The translations under genes and the position numbers were made by a program. 64,000 nucleotides of DNA, from assembly GCA_038245905.1 (NCBI GenBank), contig JBBRRY010000002.1, positions 1-64,000 of the forward strand, in the 5' to 3' direction. Numbering within the stretch: position 1 is the first letter of the stretch; each line of letters opens with the position of its first letter. The notes below the pieces were generated by a model. The model ran no database searches. It was not told where the DNA came from and saw only the letters and a list, made by a program, of their open reading frames with translations. Positions 41,049 through 49,196 of this stretch are shown here, in pieces. The DNA comes from Thermoanaerobaculia bacterium (GTDB lineage: Bacteria; Acidobacteriota; Thermoanaerobaculia; UBA5066).

Positions 41049-42821
41049 TCAGCCGGCCGCGGGCAGCGTGAGAACGAATCGCGCGCCGGAAAGCGCGCGT
41101 GAGCTCTCGACGGTCACGGCGCCGCCGTGGAGAAGCGCGATCTTGGCGACGAGAGCGAGGCCGAGCCCCGTCCCGGTGTCTTTCGTGGAATAGAAAGGGA
41201 CGAAGAGCTTCCCGGCGGCCTCTTCGGGCACTCCCGGGCCGTCGTCCTCGACCGCGATCCGCGCGAAGCCGGCCGCCGCGCCCTCGCCGCAGAGGACGAC
41301 GCGGCCCGCGCGGCCGCCCGCGGCCGCGGCCTCGCATGCGTTCTTCACCAGATTCACGAGCGCGCGCCGCACGAGGGCCGGGTCGGCGATCGCGGGCGCG
41401 AACGTCCCCGCTGCTTCCACGCGGACACCGGGCGTCAAAACGCGCTGCTCCTCGGCGATCTCGAGCGCGAGCGCGCGGAGGTCGCACAGGCCGGCCTCGA
41501 GCCGCTCGGGCCTCGCGAAAAAGAGGAAGTCGCCTGTCACGCGCGCCACGTGCTCGGCCTCGGCCTGGATCGCGTCGAGCTGGCGCCCGCGTGCCGCGGG
41601 ATCGCTCGTCTTCGCGGCGAGGCGCGCCCATCCGAGAATCGTGCCCGTCGCGTTGCGAAACTCGTGCGCAATGCCCGCTGACATCTCGCCGAGAGCCGCA
41701 AGCTCGCGGCGGGACGAGAGCTCCCGCTCGAGACGCCGCGTGTTCGTGCGGTCCTCGAGGAACAGCAGGATGCCCATGATGGATTTTCCAGAGTCGAGGA
41801 TCGGGACGGCCGTCAGCTCGAGCAGGCGCGCGCCCGCTCCCGTTCCGATCGCCAGCTCCAGGGAAAGAGTCGGCGAGCCCTTCCGCGCGGCCTCCGCCGC
41901 CGCGCGGAGAGCGGGCACCGCGTCGATCGCCGCCTCGGCTCCCTCGGCAAGAGCTCCCTCGCCGAGGCCGAGGAACTCGCGGGCGGGAGCATTCGCCTGC
42001 GTCAGGCGGCCCGCGGCGTCCACCACCACGAGCCCGCCCGGGTGCGAGCGCACGAGCGTCTCGGCCGTCACCGCGAGGTCGTCCGCGCGCCGCTTTTCGG
42101 AACGGCGGAGCCCTTCCAGCTCGACCGTGCGTTTCTTCAGCTCCTCGACCGTGCGTTGGAACGTGGCGATCGCCGTCTCGGCTTCGTCGCTGCCGGCTCG
42201 CGCCGCCGGCACGAGGCCTCCGACTCCGCGTGCCGTCTCCGTGAGGGCGTCGATCGGTTCCGAAAGGCGCCGGAGGAACGGCACCACGAGAAGAACGAGG
42301 ACGCACGCGGCCGCGGGCACCGCGATCGAGAGGATGCGGGCATTGCGGCGGGCCTCCGCGATCGACGCTCCGTCCCAGACGACCCTCAGTATCCGCGTCT
42401 CTCCCGAAAGGGCGACGGTGATCGACGGAGCTCCGCGTTCGCCCCCCGCCACGACGGGCTCCGGAGAGGGCCGCTCGCCGGCCGGCAGCACGGCGGGCGC
42501 GAGCCCCGCGTCCGGGAGGAACTGGGCCTCGACGATGCGCTCTCCGCGCGCGTCGTAGAGCGCCGCCCCCCGCGCGTTCAGCTCGCGGAGAATCCGCGTA
42601 AGGGGCGCATCCGAGGCAAGCGCGAGCGCGGCGTCCGGCGTTCGGGCTAGGCGGTCCGCGACCGCGCGCGTTTCCACGGTCAGGCGCCGGAGATTCTCGC
42701 CGGCGCCCCACTCCGCGGTGTTCCGGAGCACGACGACGGCCGCGCCGGCGAGAAAGAGCAGCGTCGCGAGCCCGCCCACGATCACGATGCGCACCTCGCG
42801 CTCGAACCCGCGATCCGTCAT
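41049..42821 (-). CDS. Sensor histidine kinase with HAMP/PAS (PilS-like)
   Basis: Two TMs, PAS (GLVVVDAAGRLTQAN), H box AGIAHEFRN, NLVKNA, DDGPG, FVPFYSTK, GTGLGL; ATGA overlap with pilD. Confidence 0.92.
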   Translation of the reverse strand: MTDRGFEREVRIVIVGGLATLLFLAGAAVVVLRNTAEWGAGENLRRLTVETRAVADRLARTPDAALALASDAPLTRILRELNARGAALYDARGERIVEAQFLPDAGLAPAVLPAGERPSPEPVVAGGERGAPSITVALSGETRILRVVWDGASIAEARRNARILSIAVPAAACVLVLLVVPFLRRLSEPIDALTETARGVGGLVPAARAGSDEAETAIATFQRTVEELKKRTVELEGLRRSEKRRADDLAVTAETLVRSHPGGLVVVDAAGRLTQANAPAREFLGLGEGALAEGAEAAIDAVPALRAAAEAARKGSPTLSLELAIGTGAGARLLELTAVPILDSGKSIMGILLFLEDRTNTRRLERELSSRRELAALGEMSAGIAHEFRNATGTILGWARLAAKTSDPAARGRQLDAIQAEAEHVARVTGDFLFFARPERLEAGLCDLRALALEIAEEQRVLTPGVRVEAAGTFAPAIADPALVRRALVNLVKNACEAAAAGGRAGRVVLCGEGAAAGFARIAVEDDGPGVPEEAAGKLFVPFYSTKDTGTGLGLALVAKIALLHGGAVTVESSRALSGARFVLTLPAAG

Positions 42822-43996
42822 GGCAGGAGCCTCGGAACCCAGGGCAGCCCCCCGGCGATCGCGTCCCAGGCCGGGCGACCGGCCACGAACGCCACGAGCT
42901 CACCGCAGGCGAGAAAGACACCGAACGGCACGTCGACGCGCGCGAGAAGCACGAGGAGCCCGCCCGGCGTCGCCTCGGCACGCGCCGCGAGAACCCGGAA
43001 GAAGTCGGCGCCGTCGTCGAGCGCGAGGCGCCCGTGCGCGGCCCGCTCGCCGCGCCGGGCCCGCGTCCTCGCGAGCCGGACGAACGCGAGGAGCCGGCCG
43101 GCCGTCGGGACGTCCGCCGCGAGCCGATTTCCTTCGGCTGCGGCCCCCGGAATCTCGCGGAAGCGTGCCGAGGCCGAAAGGACGCGGCCGTCCTCCCCGA
43201 TGAGAAGCCCGGAACGTGCCGCCACCGCGCGAGCGGCCGAGGACGACGCGCGCGCGCGCCGCGCTTCGAGGGACCAGCGGAGCGCGCGCAGGAGCGTCGC
43301 GCCGCCCGCCACGACCGTGCCCGCGAGAGAGGCGAAAAAGAGCGTGAGAAAGACGCCCGCGGGTCCCGTGAACGCTCCCGCCATCGCGAGCATCTTCACG
43401 TCGCCTGCGCCCATGCCTTCCTGCCCACGCAGCCGTGCGTAGGCGCGGCGAACCCCTTCGAGAAAGAGCGCACCCAGGAGCGCCCCGAGGACCGCCTCGG
43501 CGAGGTGGCTCCCGGCCACCGCCCCCGCGAGATCGCGCCCCGAAGCCGGCGCGATGCGGTCGCGGAGCGCCGCGAGGACGAGGCCAAGCGCGAGAGTCCC
43601 GAGAGTCACCTCGTCGGGCAGCGTGCGCGCCTCGAGGTCGGTGGCCGCGAGGATCACCGACGCCGCTGCGAGAAAGGACGCCGAGGCCGCGACGAGCGTG
43701 GGCCCGTAGAGGAAGCCTGCCGCGAGAAAAAGCACCGCCACGAGCAGCTCGACGAGCGGGTAGCGGAGCGGGATGCGTGCGTCGCAGCGGCGGCAACGGC
43801 CGCGGAGAAGGAGCCAGGACACGACGGGCACGTTGTCGAAGAACGCGACGGGCTCCCCGCAGGACGGGCAATGCGAACCCGGGTAGACGACCGAAAGCCC
43901 GCGCGGCAGCCGGTGGATGCATACGTTCGCGAAGGAGCCCACGATCGCGCCCGTCGCGAAGAAGAGGCCCAGGAGGACGCCGTCGACGGCGCTCAC
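42818..43996 (-). CDS. pilD: Prepilin peptidase/N-methyltransferase with about 120-aa insertion
   Basis: GSFANVCIHRLP, SHCPSC...RGRCRRC, RYPLVE, catalytic D in TDLEARTLPD and GMGAGDVK, PFGVFL. Confidence 0.93.
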   Translation of the reverse strand: MSAVDGVLLGLFFATGAIVGSFANVCIHRLPRGLSVVYPGSHCPSCGEPVAFFDNVPVVSWLLLRGRCRRCDARIPLRYPLVELLVAVLFLAAGFLYGPTLVAASASFLAAASVILAATDLEARTLPDEVTLGTLALGLVLAALRDRIAPASGRDLAGAVAGSHLAEAVLGALLGALFLEGVRRAYARLRGQEGMGAGDVKMLAMAGAFTGPAGVFLTLFFASLAGTVVAGGATLLRALRWSLEARRARASSSAARAVAARSGLLIGEDGRVLSASARFREIPGAAAEGNRLAADVPTAGRLLAFVRLARTRARRGERAAHGRLALDDGADFFRVLAARAEATPGGLLVLLARVDVPFGVFLACGELVAFVAGRPAWDAIAGGLPWVPRLLP

Positions 43997-46290
43997 GCGC
44001 GACTCTTTCCCGCGAGAACGAGGCCGAGGAGCACGACGAGTGACGCGATCGAAATCGCCGCGCCCACGCGGAAAGAGATCGGGCGGTAGACGAGCTCGAG
44101 GCGGTGGGCGCCCGCCGGCAGGAGCACCGCCGAAAGGGCGAGGTCCGCCCGGCGGAGCGCGACGCCCTGCCCGTCCACGGACGCCTCCCAGCCGCGATCG
44201 TACGCGCGCGTGAGGACGAGGAAGCCCGCCTCGGAAGCCTCGACGTCGACCCTCAGGAGCTCGGGCGCATCCGACACGACGCGCGCGACCGAGAAGCTCC
44301 TCCCCGAGCGCGAAAGTGGAAGGGGTCCGGCGGGAGGAGCGACGAGGACGACAGCCTCCGGGTCGAAATCCGGCGTGGCAAGGGCATGAAAGGCGTCGTC
44401 GTCATCCGCCTCCCGCGCCGACCGCGCGAAAAAAACGCGCCCCTGCGGCCGCGAGAGGGCGTAGAGGAAGACGCCGCCGCCCTGCCGCTCGAGCCGGGCT
44501 CCGGGAATTGCCGCCGGAAACGGCGACACGATATGCCGCACGTCCGCTAGCGAGAGAATCGTGCCCGCGTTTCCCCCCGAGAGCGCGGCGCCGAGGAGGC
44601 GCCTGCGCCAGGGGTTCCCGATGGGCGACGGCGACGCCGCAGAGGAAAGGCCGAGGGGCAGGTTCGTGTAGCCCGAGAGTGCGGCCCGCGCCCGCGCCGC
44701 GGCCTCGCCTCCCCACTCACCGCCCGTCTCGCGGCCGAGCGCGAGGAGTGCCGCCCCGTCCGAGGCGAAGGGAAAAACTCGACCCGGCGCTCCGGTCAGT
44801 CCCGCGACGAGAGGCGGCGAACCCTCGAGCCTGGCGGGCGCGAAGAGGCCGGCCGTCGCGCCGGCGAGAGGAAGCGCCACGAGCACGATGAGAAGGGCGC
44901 CCGAACGCGCGGGACCCGGCCGCCCGGTCATGCGAACGGACGCGAGCAGAATCCCGCCGGCAGCCGCAGCGATAAGCGTCGCCCGGGCCGTCACACCCGT
45001 TGCTCGCCCGGCCGCGAGCCCCGCGCACAGAAGTGCGACCGTGATCGCCGCGAAGACGAAGAGGGGTGCGAGACGGGCCGCGGCCGGCGCCGACACGCGG
45101 GCGCCGTCTTCCGGTTCGAGACTCTTTGGCCACGTGAATATCCGTCCGTATCGCCAGCCGTCGAGGCCGGCGCCCGCGAGACCCGCGAGAGCGAACAGCG
45201 TGAGGACGAACCAGCGCGCGGGGAACCTTATGCCGCGCGCGATTCCCAGATCCCAAAGAACCGGGAGTAGCCCTCCCCGCGCCCCAAGAGCGAGCAAGAG
45301 GCCGACGAGCGCGAGAATCGCAAGCCCCGCGAGCAGCCGCGGCCGCGCCGCCAACCCAGCGCCCGCCCCCGCCGCGAGGACGAGCACGAGCGGAGACAGC
45401 GCGAGCGTCGCGAGGTAGCCGCCCCGCCCAGGCTCCGGACGGAGCGTCAGGGCGTCGGGCGGCGGCAGGACGAGATCGAGAAAATCCGACGATCCGACGG
45501 GACGTGCGAGCGCCTCGGCGCGGGTTACGCCCAGCAGCCGTCCGGAGGACGCGGCGTATTCGAAGAAGGGAAGCGCCGTGGCCGCCGCCAGGGTCGCGCC
45601 GAGAAGAAGCCCTCCAAGGAGCCGCACGAACGGCCTGCCCGAATCGACTGTTCCGGCCGGCTCCTCGCGCCGCGTGAAGAATGCAAGAAGGACCGCACCC
45701 GCCGCGCCCGCGACCGCGACGGACGGCTCCCCGCCGAGGAACGAGAGAGCGAAGGCAACCGCGAGCCCCGCAGGCGAGCCGCCCGCTGCCGCGTAACGCG
45801 CCGCGGCGAAGAGCCAGGGGAGGAACGCCGCCGTTTCGAAGTTGTTGTACACGAGCGCGAGCGACAGGAACGCACCGCCCCCCACGTACGCCGACGCGCC
45901 GAGGAGCGCCCCCGCGCGCGAGGCGCCGAGGCCGAACAACCAGACCGCCATTCCGGACGAGGCGATCGCAAGATGGATGGCGATGCTCAGGAGCGGCCCC
46001 CAGATGCCAGGGAGCAGGAACGGAAAGTCCACCGGGTTGAGTACGCCGGACTGGAGCTGAGCGATCCACGGCTCTCCACACCCCGACAGGGGATTCCAGA
46101 GAGGCATGCCGGAGGCCCAGCGCACGGCTGTGTAGGCCTTCATCGGCCAGAAGAAATCGGCGAGGTCTCCGCGCGCGGGCAGCCCGCCCGAAAACACGCT
46201 CGGCACCAGGAATACCGCCGCGAACGCGAGCCCCATGGCGCCGCCCAGGAGCGCCGTCCGTCCCGTCGTCCCGCGGCCTTGCACCGTCAC
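43993..46290 (-). CDS. YfhO-family membrane glycosyltransferase (GT-C)
   Basis: GDL..FF.P, PLWNPLSGCGEP......QSGVLNP, RFPARW, C-terminal GFLVL...YD.GWEASVDG....AV.LPAGAHRLELVYRP plus last TM. Start 46290 (GTG) or 46236 (ATG). Confidence 0.85.
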   Translation of the reverse strand: MTVQGRGTTGRTALLGGAMGLAFAAVFLVPSVFSGGLPARGDLADFFWPMKAYTAVRWASGMPLWNPLSGCGEPWIAQLQSGVLNPVDFPFLLPGIWGPLLSIAIHLAIASSGMAVWLFGLGASRAGALLGASAYVGGGAFLSLALVYNNFETAAFLPWLFAAARYAAAGGSPAGLAVAFALSFLGGEPSVAVAGAAGAVLLAFFTRREEPAGTVDSGRPFVRLLGGLLLGATLAAATALPFFEYAASSGRLLGVTRAEALARPVGSSDFLDLVLPPPDALTLRPEPGRGGYLATLALSPLVLVLAAGAGAGLAARPRLLAGLAILALVGLLLALGARGGLLPVLWDLGIARGIRFPARWFVLTLFALAGLAGAGLDGWRYGRIFTWPKSLEPEDGARVSAPAAARLAPLFVFAAITVALLCAGLAAGRATGVTARATLIAAAAGGILLASVRMTGRPGPARSGALLIVLVALPLAGATAGLFAPARLEGSPPLVAGLTGAPGRVFPFASDGAALLALGRETGGEWGGEAAARARAALSGYTNLPLGLSSAASPSPIGNPWRRRLLGAALSGGNAGTILSLADVRHIVSPFPAAIPGARLERQGGGVFLYALSRPQGRVFFARSAREADDDDAFHALATPDFDPEAVVLVAPPAGPLPLSRSGRSFSVARVVSDAPELLRVDVEASEAGFLVLTRAYDRGWEASVDGQGVALRRADLALSAVLLPAGAHRLELVYRPISFRVGAAISIASLVVLLGLVLAGKSRA

Positions 46291-46304
46291 GATTCTAGGC
46301 CCGG

Positions 46305-46334
46305 AAAAGAAAAGAGCCCCCAAGAGGGGGCTCT
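46305..46334 (-). terminator. Rho-independent terminator after the major pilin gene
   Basis: Minus strand AGAGCCCCC-TCTT-GGGGGCTCT followed by TTTCTTTT, about 27 nt after the pilin stop. Confidence 0.88.
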
Positions 46335-46360
46335 CGAATCGGGACTCAGCGGGAGGACGA

Positions 46361-46867
46361 TTACCGCTGCGCGCCCGCGGGGTATTGGACGAACTGGCCG
46401 TTGAAGAAGACGATGTCGTCGTTGAAGTTCGTCGTCTCACCGCCGACGTAGGTACCCGGTGCGCCGTCTTTGCCGTTGGACGCCATGGCATAGGCCTGCG
46501 GGTTGGCCCCGCTGTTCCCGTACAGGAAGTACGAGCTCCAACCGTCCACGACGGGCAGGAGGCGGATGTAGGTCGGCGCGACCTGTTTGTTGAATCCGCT
46601 GTTGGGGGCGCCGAACGACGTCGTCGGGAGACCCATACCCGAAGGAAGGGTCACCGCGGCCGCGGCCGGATAGTGGTTGAAATCGACGGCATACGCCTCG
46701 GCGGCCGTGCCCGCGGAGCGCAAGTCGGCCATCGTCCTCTTCTGCTTGGCGCGCTGGATGGCGTTGAGCAGGTTCGGAATGGCGATCGCGACGATGATGC
46801 CGATGATCGCGACGACGATCAAGAGCTCGATCAGCGTGAAGCCTTTGTTTTGGTTCCTCTTCTTCAT
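46361..46867 (-). CDS. pilA: Major type IV pilin (GspG-like head), copy 1
   Basis: AGGAGG RBS; MKKRNQNKG|FTLIELLIVVAIIGIIVAIAIP; DGW and S.G.DG GspG-like motifs; own promoter and terminator. Confidence 0.85.
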   Translation of the reverse strand: MKKRNQNKGFTLIELLIVVAIIGIIVAIAIPNLLNAIQRAKQKRTMADLRSAGTAAEAYAVDFNHYPAAAAVTLPSGMGLPTTSFGAPNSGFNKQVAPTYIRLLPVVDGWSSYFLYGNSGANPQAYAMASNGKDGAPGTYVGGETTNFNDDIVFFNGQFVQYPAGAQR

Positions 46868-46898
46868 GAAAATAACCCTCCTAGTTCCCTGCTCTGCT

Positions 46899-46914
46899 TT
46901 CAAGACGCGTGCCG
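46899..46914 (-). promoter_or_regulatory. Putative sigma54-like promoter (GG-N10-GA) of pilin 1
   Basis: Minus strand CGGCACGCGTCTTGAA, about 32 nt upstream of the ATG. Confidence 0.65.
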
Positions 46915-47041
46915 TAGCCCTCCGAGGCTGAAACGGGCTCGTTCGGCAAGGATTTCGGCCCGAACAAGGGCGCCACGACGAATTTTTGTCAGAGAAGGCG
47001 GGAAGGGCGGGCCACCGTTTGTCGGGCCGCGGATGCTTCTC

Positions 47042-47527
47042 TCATCGCTGCGCGCCGTCGGGAAACTGCACGAACGTCCCGTCCACGAGAATGATGTCGG
47101 CGTTGAAATTCGTCGTCGCACCACCCAGGGGGCTCGTTTCCGGGACGCCGTCCGCACCCGTGGAGCAGAGGGCGAAGTCGCTCCGCGACACGCTCGTCCC
47201 GTAGAGGAAAAACGAGCTCCATCCGTCCACCAGCGGCACCCCGCGGATGTAGGTCGGACCGAGCGAGCCGGAGATCGCCCCGATCGTGCCGGTGGGCAGC
47301 GAAAGCCCCGACGGCAGAGAGAATGCCGCCGCGGCTGGATAGAAATTCTGGTCTGTGGCGTATGCCTCGATGGCGGTCGCGATCGTCTTCATGTCGCCCA
47401 TCGAACGCTTCTGTTTCGCGCGCTGAATCGCGTTGATCATGTTCACGATCGCGATGGCGGCGATGATGCCGATGATCGCCACGACGATCAATAGCTCGAT
47501 GAGAGTGAATCCCCGGCGTCTCGGCAT
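47042..47527 (-). CDS. Type IV pilin (GspG-like head), copy 2
   Basis: GAGGGAG RBS; MPRRRG|FTLIELLIVVAIIGII; co-linear with pilin 1 through the shared C terminus GAQR. Confidence 0.9.
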   Translation of the reverse strand: MPRRRGFTLIELLIVVAIIGIIAAIAIVNMINAIQRAKQKRSMGDMKTIATAIEAYATDQNFYPAAAAFSLPSGLSLPTGTIGAISGSLGPTYIRGVPLVDGWSSFFLYGTSVSRSDFALCSTGADGVPETSPLGGATTNFNADIILVDGTFVQFPDGAQR

Positions 47528-47559
47528 GCTCCCTCGTAACCCGAATTCCCGGAAAAGCA

Positions 47560-47575
47560 CTCAAGAAGCGTGCCT
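47560..47575 (-). promoter_or_regulatory. Putative sigma54-like promoter (GG-N10-GA) of pilin 2
   Basis: Minus strand AGGCACGCTTCTTGAG, about 33 nt upstream of the ATG; 13 of 14 core bases match the pilin 1 element. Confidence 0.65.
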
Positions 47576-47618
47576 CGAATCGGGCGCCTCGGGAAATGGC
47601 CTTTAGAATAGGTCCAAC

Positions 47619-49154
47619 GTGATCCCGCGACCACCCTTCGCGTCCGCCCTCACTCTCGAGCAGGAACTGGCTGAATTCGAGACCCTGAAACCGCGCCTGG
47701 CCGAAGTCTGGGATTCGATTTCCGGGCGTGACGATCAGCCCCATACCTCGGTCGTTGTGCCGTCGCTCACGCTGGACCAGGCGGAAATGAAAAAGCTCGA
47801 CGGCGCCAGCTTTTACGAGGAAAGACTCCTTTTTCTCCTCATCCGGCTGCGCAACCCACGGGCACGCGTTGTTTTCGTGACCTCTCAGCCCGTTCATCCC
47901 CTCGTCCTCGAGTACTACTTCCAGCTCCTCGTCGGCATTCCCGCGAGCCACGCGCGCGGCAGGCTCACGCTCCTCTGCGCCCATGACGCCTCGCCCCGCT
48001 CGCTTACGGAGAAGATCCTGGAACGGCCGCGCCTCATCGAGCGCATCCGGCAAGGGATCCCCGATCGTTCGCGCGCGTATCTGACCGTCTTCAACTCGAC
48101 GCCGCTCGAGCGAAAGCTCGCCGTTCTCCTCGGCGTGCCCCTGAATGGCGTCGACCCCGCCCTCAACTCGTACGGAACGAAGTCCGGAAGCCGGAAGATC
48201 TTCCGGGAGGCCGGCGTACCCGTGCCGGACGGCTTCGAGGACCTGAGGGACGATGCCGACATCGAGGCGGCACTCGTCGCGCTCAAGGAGCGAAACCCTG
48301 CCCTCCGCCGAGCGGTCGTGAAGCTGAACGACAGCTTCTCGGGCGAAGGCAACGCGGTCTTCCGCTACCCGGAGACGGGACACCTCGGCGATGCGGTCCA
48401 CGCGACGCTCCCGAACGTCGAGTTCTCGGTGCCATGGGAGACCTGGGACGATTACCACGGCAAGTTCCGCAGGATGGGCGGGATCGCAGAAGAATTTCTC
48501 GAGGCGCCGCAAAAGATGTCGCCCAGCGTTCAGTTGCGCAGCGACCCGCATGGCGGCGTGATCCCGATCTCCACGCACGATCAGATCCTGGGCGGTCCGA
48601 GCGGACAGGTTTTCCTCGGCTGCCTCTTCCCCGCCGCGGACGACTACCGAATGCTCATCCACGACGCGGCGATGCGCATCGGCAAGGTCCTCGCCGCGAA
48701 GGGCGTCGTGAGCCGGTTCGCCGTCGACTTCCTCGTGACGCGGGAGAGCGACGATCTTCCCTGGAAGGCCTGGGCCCTCGAGATCAACCTCCGCATGGGA
48801 GGAACGACGCACCCGTACCTCGCGCTCCAGTTCCTGACGGGCGGGCAGCTCGACCCCGGAACGGGCCTCTTCCATTCGCCGCGCCGCTCGCCGAAGTTCT
48901 ACCGCGCCACGGACAACCTGCAGTCGGAGACGTTCCGCGGACTCCTGCCCGAGGATCTCATCGAGATCGTCACGATCAACTCCCTCCACTACAGCCACAA
49001 CTCCGAGTCGGGCGTGCTCTTTCATCTCATCGGGGCGCTCTCGGAATACGGGAAGCTCGGAATGACGGCCATCGGGAACACGCGCGAGGAGGTCGAGGCG
49101 ATCTACGGCAAGACCCTCCGGATTCTCGACCACGAGGCCGGCATGGGCCGGTAA
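47619..49154 (+). CDS. PGM1-related ATP-grasp peptide/carboxylate-amine ligase
   Basis: VVVPSL, YEERLLF.LI.L, GTKSGSR..F, VVKLN.SFSGEGNA, SPSVQ, STHDQILGG, EINLRMGGTTHP. Confidence 0.85.
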   Translation: MIPRPPFASALTLEQELAEFETLKPRLAEVWDSISGRDDQPHTSVVVPSLTLDQAEMKKLDGASFYEERLLFLLIRLRNPRARVVFVTSQPVHPLVLEYYFQLLVGIPASHARGRLTLLCAHDASPRSLTEKILERPRLIERIRQGIPDRSRAYLTVFNSTPLERKLAVLLGVPLNGVDPALNSYGTKSGSRKIFREAGVPVPDGFEDLRDDADIEAALVALKERNPALRRAVVKLNDSFSGEGNAVFRYPETGHLGDAVHATLPNVEFSVPWETWDDYHGKFRRMGGIAEEFLEAPQKMSPSVQLRSDPHGGVIPISTHDQILGGPSGQVFLGCLFPAADDYRMLIHDAAMRIGKVLAAKGVVSRFAVDFLVTRESDDLPWKAWALEINLRMGGTTHPYLALQFLTGGQLDPGTGLFHSPRRSPKFYRATDNLQSETFRGLLPEDLIEIVTINSLHYSHNSESGVLFHLIGALSEYGKLGMTAIGNTREEVEAIYGKTLRILDHEAGMGR

Positions 49155-49196
49155 GAAGAGGCCCTTGAGCGCCAAAGGGCGGGATAGCATCCTCAA

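Noticed and set aside
42790-42821. Kinase N terminus MTDRG|FEREV resembling a prepilin cleavage site
   Set aside because: Glu is at +2 and +4, not +5, and charged residues follow Phe; does not fit a class III signal.
46361-46867. Electrically conductive pilin (about 11% aromatic residues by hand count)
   Set aside because: No aromatic between Phe1 and Tyr50, lacking the Geobacter F24/Y27/Y32 positions; the long gap fails the usual criteria.
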